Source: Octopus vulgaris
Taxonomy: Eukaryota
Direction: 5' to 3'
Assembly: GCA_951406725.2 (NCBI GenBank)
Contig: OX597817.1
Location: 36,518,001-36,582,000, forward strand
Length of the DNA stretch: 64,000 nucleotides
Shown here: positions 1 to 12,220 of the stretch, piece after piece
Position numbering within the stretch: position 1 is the first letter of the stretch
How the letters are laid out: every line of letters starts with the position of its first letter
Program-made: the position numbers and the translations under genes
The notes under the pieces: model-generated
What the model was told of the DNA's origin: nothing
The model's database searches: none
What the model saw: the letters and a program-made list of their open reading frames with translations, nothing else

Positions 1-248
1 TCTGCAAATCAAATAAAGCGTTCAACTTTCCATTGATTTAGTTTCAAAGACTTGCTCTGTTGGTATAGTTGAAGGTGATATTTCTCAACTATACTCACGC
101 TGTGGGTAACACGGAAGAAATCTCCTGAATTACAAGTGACCAATTTCTACGGGAACATTTTACAAAGTGGAAAAACTTAACGTCACTGTTTAAACTGAGA
201 ATATGATGCGAAACGGCTGGTACACTTGCACTTATATATACATCCACG

Positions 249-249
<1 letters not shown>

Positions 250-335
<86 letters not shown>

Positions 336-518
336 GTCTGTCTGTTTTTCTCTCTCTCTATCTCTCTTTCTCTACCTACCTCTCTACCCACCTAACTATC
401 AACCTATGTATGTATGTATGTATGTATGTATGTATGTATGTATGTATGTATCTATCTATCTATCTATCTACTTACCTACCTACCTACCTACCTACCTACC
501 TACCTATCTCTTTATCTA

Positions 519-577
<59 letters not shown>

Positions 578-630
578 ATCTATATCTATCTATCTATCTA
601 TCTATATCTATCTATATCTATCTATCTATC
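250..630. repeat. Compound tetranucleotide microsatellite (TCTA)n/(TATG)n/(TACC)n
   Basis: Directly visible tandem arrays; explains ORFs 203..790, 226..885 and 414..752. Confidence 0.97.
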
Positions 631-1083
631 TTTACACATACACTTACAAAATTATACACTTACCCGCTCACAGACGCAGTTACACACATATATACACGCA
701 TGCAGAATCTTATGCACGTATACATCAGACATGCACACATACATCCACGTAAACCCCCACAAACCCAATCACACGGCAACTTACACATAAACACAGATAT
801 AGAGTCCTACACACAGCAACAGGCAGTACTTAGTCACATAGTCCTTCTCCAAATGGAATGGGAGTGGTATTGTTTAGGGAAATAAACTAATAAAAGTATA
901 AGAAGCTAACCAACAAGTAAACCAATTAGGTTGGTACAATAGACTTTGAAGAGAAATATTAGCTTAGGCGGACGGACTTGTGTTGTAAAGTGAACGGACT
1001 GCGTTTTCTTAACATGGCCGATCGATCATTGTATAAATGAAACAGACTTGGTCGTACAGGTTCACATATATATACACAGACAT

Positions 1084-1084
<1 letters not shown>

Positions 1085-1141
<57 letters not shown>

Positions 1142-1147
1142 TGTATG

Positions 1148-1178
<31 letters not shown>

Positions 1179-1229
1179 ATATATGTATATATATATATAT
1201 ATATATATGTTTATATATATATATGTATG

Positions 1230-1310
<81 letters not shown>
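1085..1310. repeat. (TA)n/(TG)n microsatellite, representative of many such arrays (e.g. 20781, 21350, 23505, 28763, 36203, 37613, 38155, 39080, 46165, 48260, 55000, 58105)
   Basis: Directly visible. Confidence 0.97.
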
Positions 1311-1311
<1 letters not shown>

Positions 1312-1714
1312 AGTATATGTACGTATGTGTGTCTATGTATAGAGAAATATATAGGAATACTAACAGGTACACATACATTTGTTTATATGTGTGTGAGTAG
1401 GCAGTATGTCTATGTGTGTGTTATTGTTTGGGGGACTTGTGTGTGTGTGTGTGTGTGTGTGTGACAATGTGTCAGCTTGCGTGTGTCAGTTGTACAATAC
1501 TGAGCTAAAACAAATGTTAGACATGGGGAGACAAAAGACACAAAAGGAAATAATAAAGAAGAAACAATAGCACAAAATAAAACAATGAAGGAAATGGGGG
1601 AAAGTACATAAAGAGAACAAGCACTGCTTAGCTTGTGAGAAAGTACAAAAGTAATGAGAATGTAATAAAAATGTGAAAGAAAGATTAACTACCAATTGAA
1701 AGGAGGTGGACAGA

Positions 1715-2460
1715 GAGGAAGATGCGATTAAACAAAGAAGAGGGTGAAAGGAAACAACGAAGGAACTAAAAAAAATGCGAAAGAGAGAGAGAGAGAGAGA
1801 GAGAGAGAACACAAAAGGTAAGCTAGAAAGATATATAGAAGGAAATAAAGGGAAGCGAAGACGGAGAGGAAGGAAAAGAAAAAGACGGAATGAGAAAAAC
1901 AATAGATGGTCATAGAAGAGGAAAATACGGAAAGATATAAGAATATAAAGATGGAGAAAGTGAAGGAGAAAGAGAACAAGAGATAGGAAGAAAGAGGGCG
2001 CCAACAGTAAGAGGGAGACAGAGGTGGAGAGAAAGAAGGTAATAGAAAGAGAGAACGAGAGAGAGAGAGGGAGAGAGAAAGAGTGAGCGAGAGGGAGAAC
2101 ACAGATTGTAAGCTAGAAAGATATATAGACGAAAATAGAAGGAAGCGAAAACGGAGAGGAATGAAAATGAAAAAGAGGAAACGAAAAAAAAAAAAATTAT
2201 CAGAGATCAGGAAAATAAAAAGATAGAATATAAGGTTGGAGAAAGTGAGGGAGAGAGAGGACGCGAGAGAGGAAGGAGATTGCTAGCAGTAAGAGGGAGA
2301 GAGAGGTGGAGAAAGAGAAGTGTAAGAGAAAGAGACGGAGGGAGAGAGGGGGGATGTAAGAGAGGAAGTAAAAGTGAGAGGGATTAAAGTGAATAATAAA
2401 ATAGGGTAAGCTAGTGAAAGTGGGAGATCAGGAAACAGAATAGCAGATATAAGGAGAGAA
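1715..2460. repeat. Degenerate purine-rich tandem repeat, about 285-300-bp unit, about 2.5 copies
   Basis: GTAAGCTAG(AAAGATATATAG) recurs at about 1818, 2108 and 2406; CAGTAAGAGGGAGA recurs at about 2005 and 2288. Confidence 0.65.
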
Positions 2461-2649
2461 AGTCGATTTGCCGAGTGAAACATAATAAATATATTGATCC
2501 GAAGGGCTGCAAGTGGCCGTGTAGATAGCAGACCAATCTAGTTGCTTGAGCTTCTAGAAATAGCAGCTTAATCTCCATTCGAAACAAACACTATCATAAA
2601 GAAAAAATGCATTCTTATAATGATTTTAATGTAAGAATGTATGTAGGTA

Positions 2650-3936
2650 CAGGGTGGGACAGAGAGGATGGGCGTTTTTGAAAAAATACACAAAATCCTT
2701 AATTCTAGCTATAAGCAAATTTTATTGACATCGATGCTTTTGTATTGAATTATCACATGTCAAAATCAAGTGTGGAAAACAACATCCATCATGTGGTGTC
2801 CGTTTTCATTGATGCATTTCTGAAAGCGTTCTTGGAAGTTGGTCTCCATTCTCTCCAGCATGGCTCTATCGATTTGGGCGACTTCCACTAGAATAGCTTC
2901 CTTCAATTTACGGGGCTTATGCGCATACTCATGTGCCTTGAGGTTTCCCCACAAGAAATCATCAAGCATAAACAAATCAGGGGACCGAGGGTGGTGGGGG
3001 GCAAGGAATGTCAGCAAACCTGGAAATGAGGCGGTCACCGAAGAGAGAGCAAAAAACGTCCATTGATGCTCTGGCTGTATGGGCCGTTGTCCCTTCCTGC
3101 TGAAACCACACACGTTGTATAGGCATATGTTTCCGTCGTAATTCAGACACAAAGAAGTTGTTTATTTTCTCGATGTAACGCTCGGAGTTCACAGAAACGG
3201 CATTTCCATTACTGTCTTAAAAAAATTAGGGACCAATGACGGCAACTTTTCCAACAGCACATCAGACCGTGACTTTTGGGCTCTGCAGTGGTCTTTCGTA
3301 CACTTCTCTCTTATTTTCAGGAGCCCAATAACGACAGTTCTGTTGATTTACCATGCCACTGAACTAAATGAGGTTGTCATTTGCCTCAAAAACGGCTTCC
3401 ATCTGACGTGCGAAGTTAAGCCGGTGTGCATAATCCCATGGTCTCAACTGCTATCCAATGACCAATTTGTACGAGTGGAAATGCAGGTCTTCATGCAAAA
3501 TATAACCTAGCGATCGATTACAGATGTCAAATTCAGTGGAATGCCTCCGAACAGAGCGATTCGAACTCCATATCGAAGCTTGTATAATGCATTCCACATT
3601 TTCCATGATCCGTACCGTTCATGGCGCTCCCACCAGTCTCCTATTTATTAGCGTACCTCGTGTACGAAGTGCATTCACCCAACGTAGAATCGTGTTGCGG
3701 GTAGGAACAGACTGATTTTGATAACCGTTGAAGTGGCGCCAAATCTCACGCTGAACTGGTGTGACAGACTCGTTATTCTTCACGTAACTATCGTAGGCAA
3801 ACACATGGCATCATCTGTAAAGAAAACGAAATGCTAAGACACCATGGATCGAATTGTACTTGTCGGGCATATGTCCCTTCCCCTGTGGCTGAGTAATATG
3901 CATTTCAAAAACGTCTGTCCTCTCTGCCTCACCCTG
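2650..3936 (-). mobile_element. Full-length but decayed Tc1/mariner DNA transposon, rosa/DD41D-like
   Basis: About 33-bp imperfect TIRs: CAGGGTGGGACAGAGAGGATGGGCGTTTTTGAA (2650) and the reverse complement of the right end, CAGGGTGAGGCAGAGAGGACAGACGTTTTTGAA (ends 3936); TA on both sides; transposase fragments on the minus strand. Confidence 0.9.
2766..3810 (-). pseudogene. Frameshifted transposase: DUF4817-like N-terminal HTH plus DDD catalytic domain
   Basis: ESVTPVQREIWRHF..PTRNTILRWVNALRTRGT (HTH); WFQQEGTTAHTA; PRSPDLFMLDDFLWGNLK; RFQKCINENGHH at the C-terminus; about 41 residues between the 2nd and 3rd acidic residues once frames are joined. Confidence 0.85.
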
Positions 3937-3947
3937 TATTTATGTGT

Positions 3948-4000
<53 letters not shown>

Positions 4001-4358
4001 TGTGAATGTAGAAGTGAAGCATTTCATTGACCTGCCTATCACACCTTCTTCAAAACAATCCATATCACACACTGCACACGCACACACGCACGTTAAACGC
4101 ACGCACGCGCGCGCACACACATACACTCACACGTATGGTACTTTATAACACACGCTGCAATCGATTTGACAGTAAATGTGCTCCACATATTAAGAATGGC
4201 CTGTTCCCGTGACAGCGCTGTAGAATTGGCGAATGTTTCACTAGCTTATAGTTCAGTGTTTACTTCCTATATTTTATACGTAGAAATCAACGAGCTTCAC
4301 CAAGTTAAATAACGCTCGACATACGACATAAACGCACCCAATTTTCCACAACAATGTT

Positions 4359-4538
4359 TCACTTGTTTCAGTCATTTGACTGCGGCTATGCTGGAGCACC
4401 GCCTTTAGTCGAGCAAATCGACCCCAGGACTTATTCTTTGTAAACCTAGTACTTATTCTATCGGTTTCTTTTGCCCGACCGCTAAGTTATGGGGACATAA
4501 ACACACCAGCATCGGTTGTCAGGCGATGCTGGGGCGAG

Positions 4539-4630
<92 letters not shown>

Positions 4631-4800
4631 TACACATATACGACGGGCTTCTTTCAGTTTCCATCTACCAAATCCACTCACAAGGCTTTGGTCGGCCCGA
4701 GGCAAGTAGAAGACACTTGTCCAAGGTGCCACGCAGTGGAAGTGAACCCAGAACCACGTGGTTGGTAAGCAAGCTACTTACCACGCAGCCCCTCCCGCGC
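4359..4800 (-). mobile_element. tRNA-derived SINE (group 1, octopus OK-like) with an internal (CA)n expansion
   Basis: A/B-box-like head near 4800 on the minus strand; body and tail (GCTCCAGCAT.GCCGCAGTCAAATGACTGAAACAAG) match the copies at 8297 and 48915. Confidence 0.85.
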
Positions 4801-4984
4801 CTTTATTCATATCTTTATTTTCGTTTTGCAGAAATGCTTCGTTTTGATAAAATTTTGATATTTATATTATTTATGTCTAACTTAAGTAAAAGACCATACA
4901 CTCTGTGGTTGGTATTGTCGATTCAATTTACCCCAGTATTTGCCTGACGGTTAATATAGCACCCTCTAAGATGTACAATATTGG

Positions 4985-5190
4985 TTTCAAATTTTTCCTC
5001 AAGGCAAGCAAGTTCATGAGAAAGGATTAGCCGATTACATCGAACGCTATGCCAGACTGCTACTTATTTTATTGACTCCGAAAGGAAGAAAGGCAAAGTT
5101 GACCTTGGCGGAATTTGAATTCAAAACGTAAAGATGGATGAATTGCTGCTAACTGCTCTGCAGGGTGTGTTAACGATTCTGCTTGTTGCT
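4985..5190 (-). mobile_element. Degenerate SINE group 2 (core GTCGACTTTGCCTTTCATCCTTTCGGGGTCGATAAA, possibly a Meta-domain SINE)
   Basis: Similar to the copies at 19182, 22426, 29262, 58764 and 61608. Confidence 0.7.
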
Positions 5191-5224
5191 GCTCTTCATA
5201 AAATACAAAAAAACAAAAACATAA

Positions 5225-5473
5225 ATGTTCCTTCTCGAGCCATGCCAGGCTCATAAGGGCAGGTCTCCCGGTTTCAGTGGCGTAGAAATTCCTCATCTGG
5301 ACGGGACGCCGGTCCATCGCAGGATTACTCAATTTTACCAGCTGAGTGGACTGGAGCAACATGAAAATGAAGTGTTTTGTTCAAAATACAACGCATCGCC
5401 CGGTCCAGGAATCGAAACCACAACCTTACGATCATGAATTTAACACTCTAACCACTAAGCCACGAGCCTCCAC
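5225..5473 (-). mobile_element. tRNA-derived SINE group 3
   Basis: Head GTGGAGGCTCGTGGCTTAGTGGTTAG...GGTTTCGATTCC (A and B boxes); related heads at 11915, 18192, 19926, 33313 and 52087. Confidence 0.8.
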
Positions 5474-5680
5474 GTTGCTCATCATCGATGTATAATATTG
5501 ATTTCTAACAACAATGCAACATCCCCAATCTTAATGGAGGATATATTCAGGTAGATAGCTCTTGGTACTTAACAGGTATCTAGCTTGTACTATATTTTAT
5601 CGACTCCCAAATAATGAGAGGGTAAAGTGTACGTCCACGTTGTGATTTGAACGCAAGACGGAAAGAACTGTGGGTGCTAC

Positions 5681-5890
5681 TTAGAGTGTGGTCTACCTTA
5701 GTGTCTTACTGTAGCGTGCGGTCTACCGTAGTGTCTTACTTTAGCGTGCGGTCTACCGTAGTGTCTTACTTTAGCGTGCGGTCTACCGTAGTGTCTTACT
5801 TTAGCGTGCGGTCTACCGTAGTGTCTTACTTTAGAGTGCGGTCTACCGTAGTGTCTTACTTTAGCGTGCGGTCTACCACAGTATCCCGTC
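5681..5890. repeat. 30-bp tandem array (TTAGCGTGCGGTCTACCGTAGTGTCTTACT, about 7 copies) derived from the Merlin left TIR
   Basis: Units start at 5681, 5711, 5741, 5771, 5801, 5831 and 5861; the unit is the reverse complement of the outer segment of the right TIR. Confidence 0.92.
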
Positions 5891-5945
5891 TACGCTGTGA
5901 AATTACTTTTAGCGTGTAGTCTACCTTTTCTTACCTTTTTACACT

Positions 5946-6600
5946 TTAGCAAAATTGATCAATGTGTGACTGGAAGAGCTCACTCCTAGGACCATCAATT
6001 CTACATCCATGGTTCCTGTTATTTTGTACATCTACGTAACTCTACGTAACTTTCTTGAGCAAGAGGAGTATTGTCGCCATTTTGCGGTCTCCGACGATTG
6101 CTTTTCCGTCGACCAAGAAATCTTGCCACGTCAGTTTCAATGGTGCTGTTGTTTGTTCCAACCATCTTACCCCGTTAACGATGAGAAGCGTTGGTTCCAC
6201 ACACCTCTCTGCGCATGTCATACCAGTCATTTACCGTACTGGAAGACTTTCCTGTTAGAGTCACTGCTTTATTCAGGGGTAAATCCATTACGATAAAGAA
6301 CACCAGCTCCACAATCTCGCACAAACTCAAATTGCAGTGCAACTTATTGTTTGATGTCCGTATAATGAAAAACAACAACAAAACGGTTACCTTTCGAATA
6401 GAACGTGAAGTTTGACACCCTTTTCGAGGACAGCGAAATATAGGCCGGTATTCTCCACTTCTGTCACGTTTTCGTTGTTCTTGCATGACGCTGCCACATC
6501 GATGACAAGGTTCTGCTTCTTGTGATGTATCCAGGAGATTGTTTTCTTGTAAAAACGCAACTGCTGTTTCCTCTGTAAAAATTCTACGTCTATAGAAATC
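5946..6600 (-). pseudogene. Merlin transposase remnant: Zn ribbon, HTH and first catalytic motif, with most of the DDE core deleted
   Basis: PCHRCGSVM...FRCPRKGCQTSRSIR; TVNDWYDMRREVC; IETDVARFLGRRKSNRRR (compare VEIDES.F.GKRKYNRGR); NHGCRIDGP, then a jump to a C-terminal-like FQSHIDQF. Confidence 0.82.
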
Positions 6601-8296
6601 CTTTAACAGTATTATAATAGTTAAAATTAACTCAGGTTATGAGGGAAAGAAAAGGTAGACCGCGCGATAAAAGTAATTTCACAGCGTAGAAAGGATACTG
6701 CAGTAGACCGCACGCTAAAGTAGCACCGAACTGTGTCTATATATCAGAAGGCATATTTTTACCGCTTTGTCAATGTTGATGTCTTCGTAAGACGATAGTG
6801 ACATTTAATAAAATAATATAGGGTCAATCAAGAATCGAAATCCTGTCACGAACTCAGCTTACTAACGGTTTATCCGTACCACTTATCTTACGAACATTGT
6901 CAATTCCATCCACGCACGCGTGTGTGCGTGTGTGCGTGCGAGTTTACTTGATGTTTACATATGTGATTGTGTAACATGTAAACTGGCCTTCTAGCGAATT
7001 CTTTTCCCCCTCTGACGTTTGTACACATCCAAACATCATTGTCTGCAATTTATTGACACAAACGGTCTTTTGGTTGAGGTATTTAGTATTTTGTGGGACA
7101 CTTCTGTTGATATTTGCTTCAATATTTGACCAGCCTCTGTATCTGGCCGTGTGGCAGCTCCTGGACAGCTATGTCAACAAGTCAGTATTTATCTTTTGGT
7201 TAGAATACTTGCGTAGTCTAGATTACGAAAACGTCGATTAGAGACGTAGATGGTTCAATATCATTTATTACACCTGACACGTTCATCACTGTAGTTGTCA
7301 TAGTGGTGATATTAATGTTAACGTCCATCCTATTGTTGATCATTTGAACGGAACCGGGTAAAAGTTATCTCTTTCAACTAGCGATAAAGTAGCTGTTTTA
7401 TATCTAAGGCATATTCACACAATTGTCATGAGTTAACCCGACGGCGGTTGTACAATATAGTAATTCTGAAATAAATAGCGAAAATGGCAACATTTCGTTG
7501 GGATTATAGTTTTTCTGTCATTTACATGGAATGTATAAACACATGACGATATGAAAGCCTTACGTAAGATGATTTTAAAATCATACGCATCCAGAATTTT
7601 GCCGTCCATTTTCAGAAGAAATAAAGGATAATATAATCAAAGGATTGCCAAACGTTACTGTAAATCATTGGTATAAATATTTAGTAATAATGCGACATAC
7701 AGTTTTCTTTTTAGAAATAGTGTAATGTTCAAACTATCTTATCATCTTTGTTGTTGCTATTGGGTAATATGGCCTATGTTACTACACGAATGCAATTAAG
7801 TTGCTAGAGATCAAAGAGATACAGTTGTTAAGACTACATAAACGGGGAAGAGGAAACACTATATATCGCAACAATGACTGTACAAGTATCGTGACGTCCT
7901 AAAACTGGAGTGTGAGTACGAGTACAGTGAAGCATTAAAATTGGAGTGACATTAGGGTTATAGAAAGATAAACTAAAACTAAATATACAATTACGAGTAT
8001 TATGATGAGCTAAATCTTGAATGACTGTGCATATAATTTGATTAGCCTTGGGCTGATAATAGTAATAATAAATGCTAGCAGGACCCGTGAATATTTCACG
8101 GAATTAATAGTAAACTTATTGGGTTATTTCTGAAAATTTTATCCAAAATATATGAAAGCGGCAAAATAAAGTCACACATCTACTCATCATTGAAATGTGA
8201 AAGAAATTTGAATATGATGATTACTTAATAGACTTTATATATACACCTTATGTACTGTATGCACAATTCTATCAACTTAATAATTCATCCACTATA

Positions 8297-8706
8297 GGCG
8301 TAGGACTGGCTGTATGGTAAGTAGCTTGCTTATGAACCGCATGGTTTCAGGTTCAGTCCCACTGCGTGGCACCTTGGGCAAGTGTCTTCTACTATAGCAT
8401 CGGGCCGACCAAAGCCTTGTCAGTGGATTTGGTAGACAGAAACTGAAAAAAGCCCGTTATATATATGTATATATATATATATGTATGTGTGTGTATATGT
8501 TTGTGTATCTGTGTTTGTTCCCCCAATGTCGCTTGACAAGCGATCCTGGTGTGTTTACGTCCCCGTAACTTAGCGGTTCGGCAAAAGAGACCGATAGAAT
8601 AAGTACTAGGCTTACTAAAATAATTCCGGGGGTCAATTTGCTCGACTAAAGGCGGTGCTCCAGCATGGCCACAGTCAAATGACTGAAACAAGTAAAAGAG
8701 TAAAGA
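8297..8706 (+). mobile_element. tRNA-derived SINE group 1 (OK-like), near full length
   Basis: GGCGTAGGACTGGCTGTATGGTAAG (A box), GGTTCAGTCCC (B box), internal TA/TG repeat, AAGAGT-type tail. Confidence 0.88.
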
Positions 8707-9399
8707 GAGTAGTGAGAGCACTCTCCCTCTATCACTCTCACTCCTCGCGTTACCCTCTTTCTCTCCCTCCGTTTTATTTCGCTCTTCGCTTTTCCCTTCA
8801 GCTAATCACGTGAACGCGTTACAGAAGAGCTATGCAACGGAGCAACAAACATAATTATTATAAGATATTTCAGTTATACATTTCACTCACCACCACCTCT
8901 CACACCCCTCCCATCCCCTCCTCAACTAATTACCTGGAAACGTTACGGACGGGACATGTAACGGAGGAACAAGAAAAAAGTATCATATTTTATTATCTAC
9001 ATAAATTTTAGTGTCTTTTATACTACTCAAGACAACAATCAAGCCAAACAAAGGAGGCGATGTGCTGGAGCTCGAGTTACCGTCTGAAATTACACTGAAC
9101 TGTTACTTTAAAAGGATCAATGGACACTATATCATGCAGCCCTGAATACATACTGCTTGTAAAAGAAAGAGGGGAAGGTCGTGCTGGGTATGTCGTATGC
9201 TTCCTCAATAAGAGCTTATCTAGTGCTTCAATGATTTCCATTAAATTAAAAGAAAAGAATTATTTAATATCGTTATGGAAAGCAAGCAGAAGAGCTGTTT
9301 TTTTTTTCTGTGAGAACAGTTTTGGTAGTTAGGGAAAGAAATACCTTACTATACAATATTGTCCTTTCAGTGTCATATGGCTAACGAGGGAGACTGTAC

Positions 9400-9590
9400 A
9401 TCGTCACTCGACCTGCTATATGTAGAAGTAACATCATTCTCAAATTACATATATTAACCTTAAAAGATGAAAGGATACGTGGTATAAAGCAGTCCTAAAC
9501 ACCCATAACACAATGGAATGGTTAACACTGGACAATAATTAATGTTAGGTTTGCTCAACAAGAATTAACCTTCGGGGTAAACATCAACAA
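9400..9590. repeat. Ancient, highly diverged interspersed repeat (related copies near 2510-2640, 22300-23090, 25100-25330, 25760-26020, 29750-29900, 43880-44070 and 44570-44750)
   Basis: Shared ordered motifs, approximately TCGACCTGCTAGAAATAGCAGC..AAATCT, GATAATGTAGTCCT, GATGG..A.G.CTGGA and GACCT.GGG.TAAACAACAAC. Confidence 0.55.
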
Positions 9591-11679
9591 CATTTTCAAT
9601 GCTGTTTTCATTCCTATTCACGTATTATCGATGTTTTGTTCACCCATCTTTAGTTGAGATTCAAGCATCCCTTCCTGCATTGCAGAAAGATTTGATATTG
9701 TCTCCGTAAATAGCTACAACTCCAGAAACAAAGAGACCCCATGAATAAAAACCATATTCATGTTCTTTTAAACTAATTGAAATGTTGGTGTACTGATATC
9801 CACCGCAAACGTTTTATTTTTGAAACATTACCGTATAATATCATATATTCAATTGTAGCATCCATTCATAGTTGATATTTGCTTAAGAAACACAAAAAGG
9901 GAAAATGCAAAACAGCATACTCGTTCAGTTGTAATTGTTTTATGGAAAAGGTTTGTATTTCGACAATGTAAATCTCCGAACAATTCGTCAACCCCTACGT
10001 TGTGCTGTGCACCCAAATCTTGTTTTCTTTTGAATAGACTGAAATTACACCAATGAAAGCAAACGAAACAAACCTGTATTTCTATTTTAACACATTATTA
10101 TTCTGTATATGTGCGTGTATGTGCACGTTTGTGCATGAGTGTGTGCATTTTCTGCAAAAGACAATTTGTGAATTAAAGAGCGTTTCAGGAAATGTTTTCC
10201 AACTATGCAACATCGTGTATATTTCTGGGGCTACGTAGCTTTCCGTTTAAGATCAAATGTTTTTCTTTGTCTAATTGGATATTGTGACGAAAGTGATCCT
10301 GTTCAGAAAGCGATGAACTGGTGCTTTACATTGTTAAATAGTCACTTGTTTACAATGGTTTAAAAGTAACAAGTGCATCTATTATGAGAAGATTCATGAC
10401 AAGGTTAAGCTTAATATGTCGTACATAATGTATAAAGATAATTGTATGCAGCTTATTATAGAAAATTATCTAGTATTTGTTATACTGATATTTCCATATA
10501 AATTCTCTTGCGATTACTAACCTTATCTTAGGAAGCATGCACGATCTTGACGCAGTATTGATTGTAATCCAGTATGGTTTCAAGCAAATATTGTAGAAGA
10601 AATAAATGCTAGTCTTACTGCTATTATTGGCAAAAGGAAAACAGTTGCTGACTAATGAACTTGTTTGTTATTACTGGGAGAGATGTGATCAATAAACCTA
10701 TCATTGACAATTGGGATCCTTAACTTTCATCCGTTAATAAGGATGTCATTTGAATAGAATATTAAGCAAACCAATCCTTGTTTAGTTTTGTCCAAACATC
10801 TTCATTACTTCGGTGGCAAAGAATTGCTTCATAGAATAGAAGATAAACTATTTCAACATATATTGAAACGATACATGTATTTTCAGCAAACAGTAATTTA
10901 CTACAAAGACTTATATTAGCAAGTTTAATCGCTTTATCTGATATGTTAATAAAGCTATAATGAATCGTGTGTCTATTAAAAGTTTTCGTTAATATTCACA
11001 TGATCGTTTCCAATATCATCAACGCATCCAATATTAAAAGTATCAAATCCAATCTTATTAACATGTACAATTCCAATATGTTTAATGTTCAAAATTGCAT
11101 CATGATTATATCACCGTTTCTTGTTTTGGCCATATAGAAGCAAGGAAGAGTTCGCGAAATTTCGAATTAATATGAAAGAGTTTAAGAGCTTGGTTAAGTG
11201 TTTTAGTATTTCTTTTATCTATTGGTCCATCGATCGGGTCCTATTTTGATATTTTAGGGAGAGTGTAATGCTTATGACTTTCTTAAACGTTTAAACCAGT
11301 GTTGATACGAATATGTTAAGAATCGAAACCGTGACACTGTAATCACAAGCCACGCATATCTTCAGATGTAATAATTTCTCAAACATAGTTTATAAATTGA
11401 TATCAGAACACCATTTGCTTAATAATTTGATTAATAAATGCAAGGAACGAAACTAATTAGTTTTTGTAATTGTTCGATAAAACATTATTAGAATAATGGA
11501 TCGTGTGTCAATAAAACACTAATGTGCCGCATGCTACGTATTTCCGTATTTCTATGTTGCGATATCATATGATCTTCCATCCTAAGGAATCCTACTGATT
11601 CACTTCATCCTACAATAAAAACGTAATTAGCATTGACAAAGCAACTAGCATTCCGTGTCTTAATTCTTCTGAGTCAAAC

Positions 11680-11915
11680 GTAGCTCGGTTTCCTTGGCGT
11701 ATAACGGATTTAAATTAGAACAAGTCCCATCCACCACGAATGAGATGCAGGTCCGTCGCAGAGTCAACTTTCCAGTTACTGCTGGAACTCTTTCGCAGCT
11801 AAGAGAACATGAAATGAAGGGTTTTGCTCAAGAGCACAACACACCACCAGGAATCAAAACTACGACCTTACGATCGGAGATGCAATACTCAAACCAGTAG
11901 GACACGTGTCTTCAC
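11680..11915 (-). mobile_element. Degenerate SINE group 3
   Basis: CATGAAATGAAGGGTTTTGCTCAAGAGCACAAC...CCAGGAATCAAAAC..CGACCTTACGATC matches 5225-5473. Confidence 0.7.
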
Positions 11916-12019
11916 TCAGGGAGGTGATTTATATTCTAAAGCCAATGGATCTTCAAGGCATCACTGAAGTTGCTTTGACCAGCTAAACACTAAATGAGAG
12001 GCCCAATCTATTTCACTTC

Positions 12020-12128
12020 AAATAATAATAATGATGACGATAATAATAATAATAGCAGCAGCAACAACAACAACAACAATAATAATAATAATAACAACAA
12101 CAATAATAATTTAAAAAATAATAATAAC

Positions 12129-12219
<91 letters not shown>
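12020..12219. repeat. (AAT)n/(AAC)n microsatellite, apparent target of Dong-like elements; similar arrays at 13293-13367, 15258-15416, 15640-15740, 16292-16343 and 53410-53468
   Basis: Directly visible. Confidence 0.97.

Positions 12220-12220
<1 letters not shown>

Larger units (their letters stand above)
5673..6727 (-). mobile_element. Internally deleted Merlin (IS1016/ISXO2-like) DNA transposon
   Basis: Exact 8-bp TSD GAACTGTG (5665-5672 and 6728-6735); both ends begin GGTGCTAC; about 80-bp TIR similarity; Merlin transposase motifs inside. Confidence 0.9.

Noticed and set aside
203-2483. Long ORFs (YLSI repeats, YI/CV repeats, F/L/S-rich)
   Set aside because: They are translations of stop-free microsatellites and polypurine tracts; the same applies to similar ORFs across the window
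5681-5890. CRISPR-like 30-bp repeats
   Set aside because: The units are contiguous with no unique spacers, there are no cas genes, the context is eukaryotic and the unit derives from the Merlin TIR
6960-7380. Possible host exon (60-70 codon open frames on both strands)
   Set aside because: No recognisable domain and no convincing splice-site pair
8297-8375. tRNA gene (also the heads at 5473, 18192, 19926 and 33313)
   Set aside because: A and B boxes are present but there is no complete cloverleaf, and each continues into a SINE body
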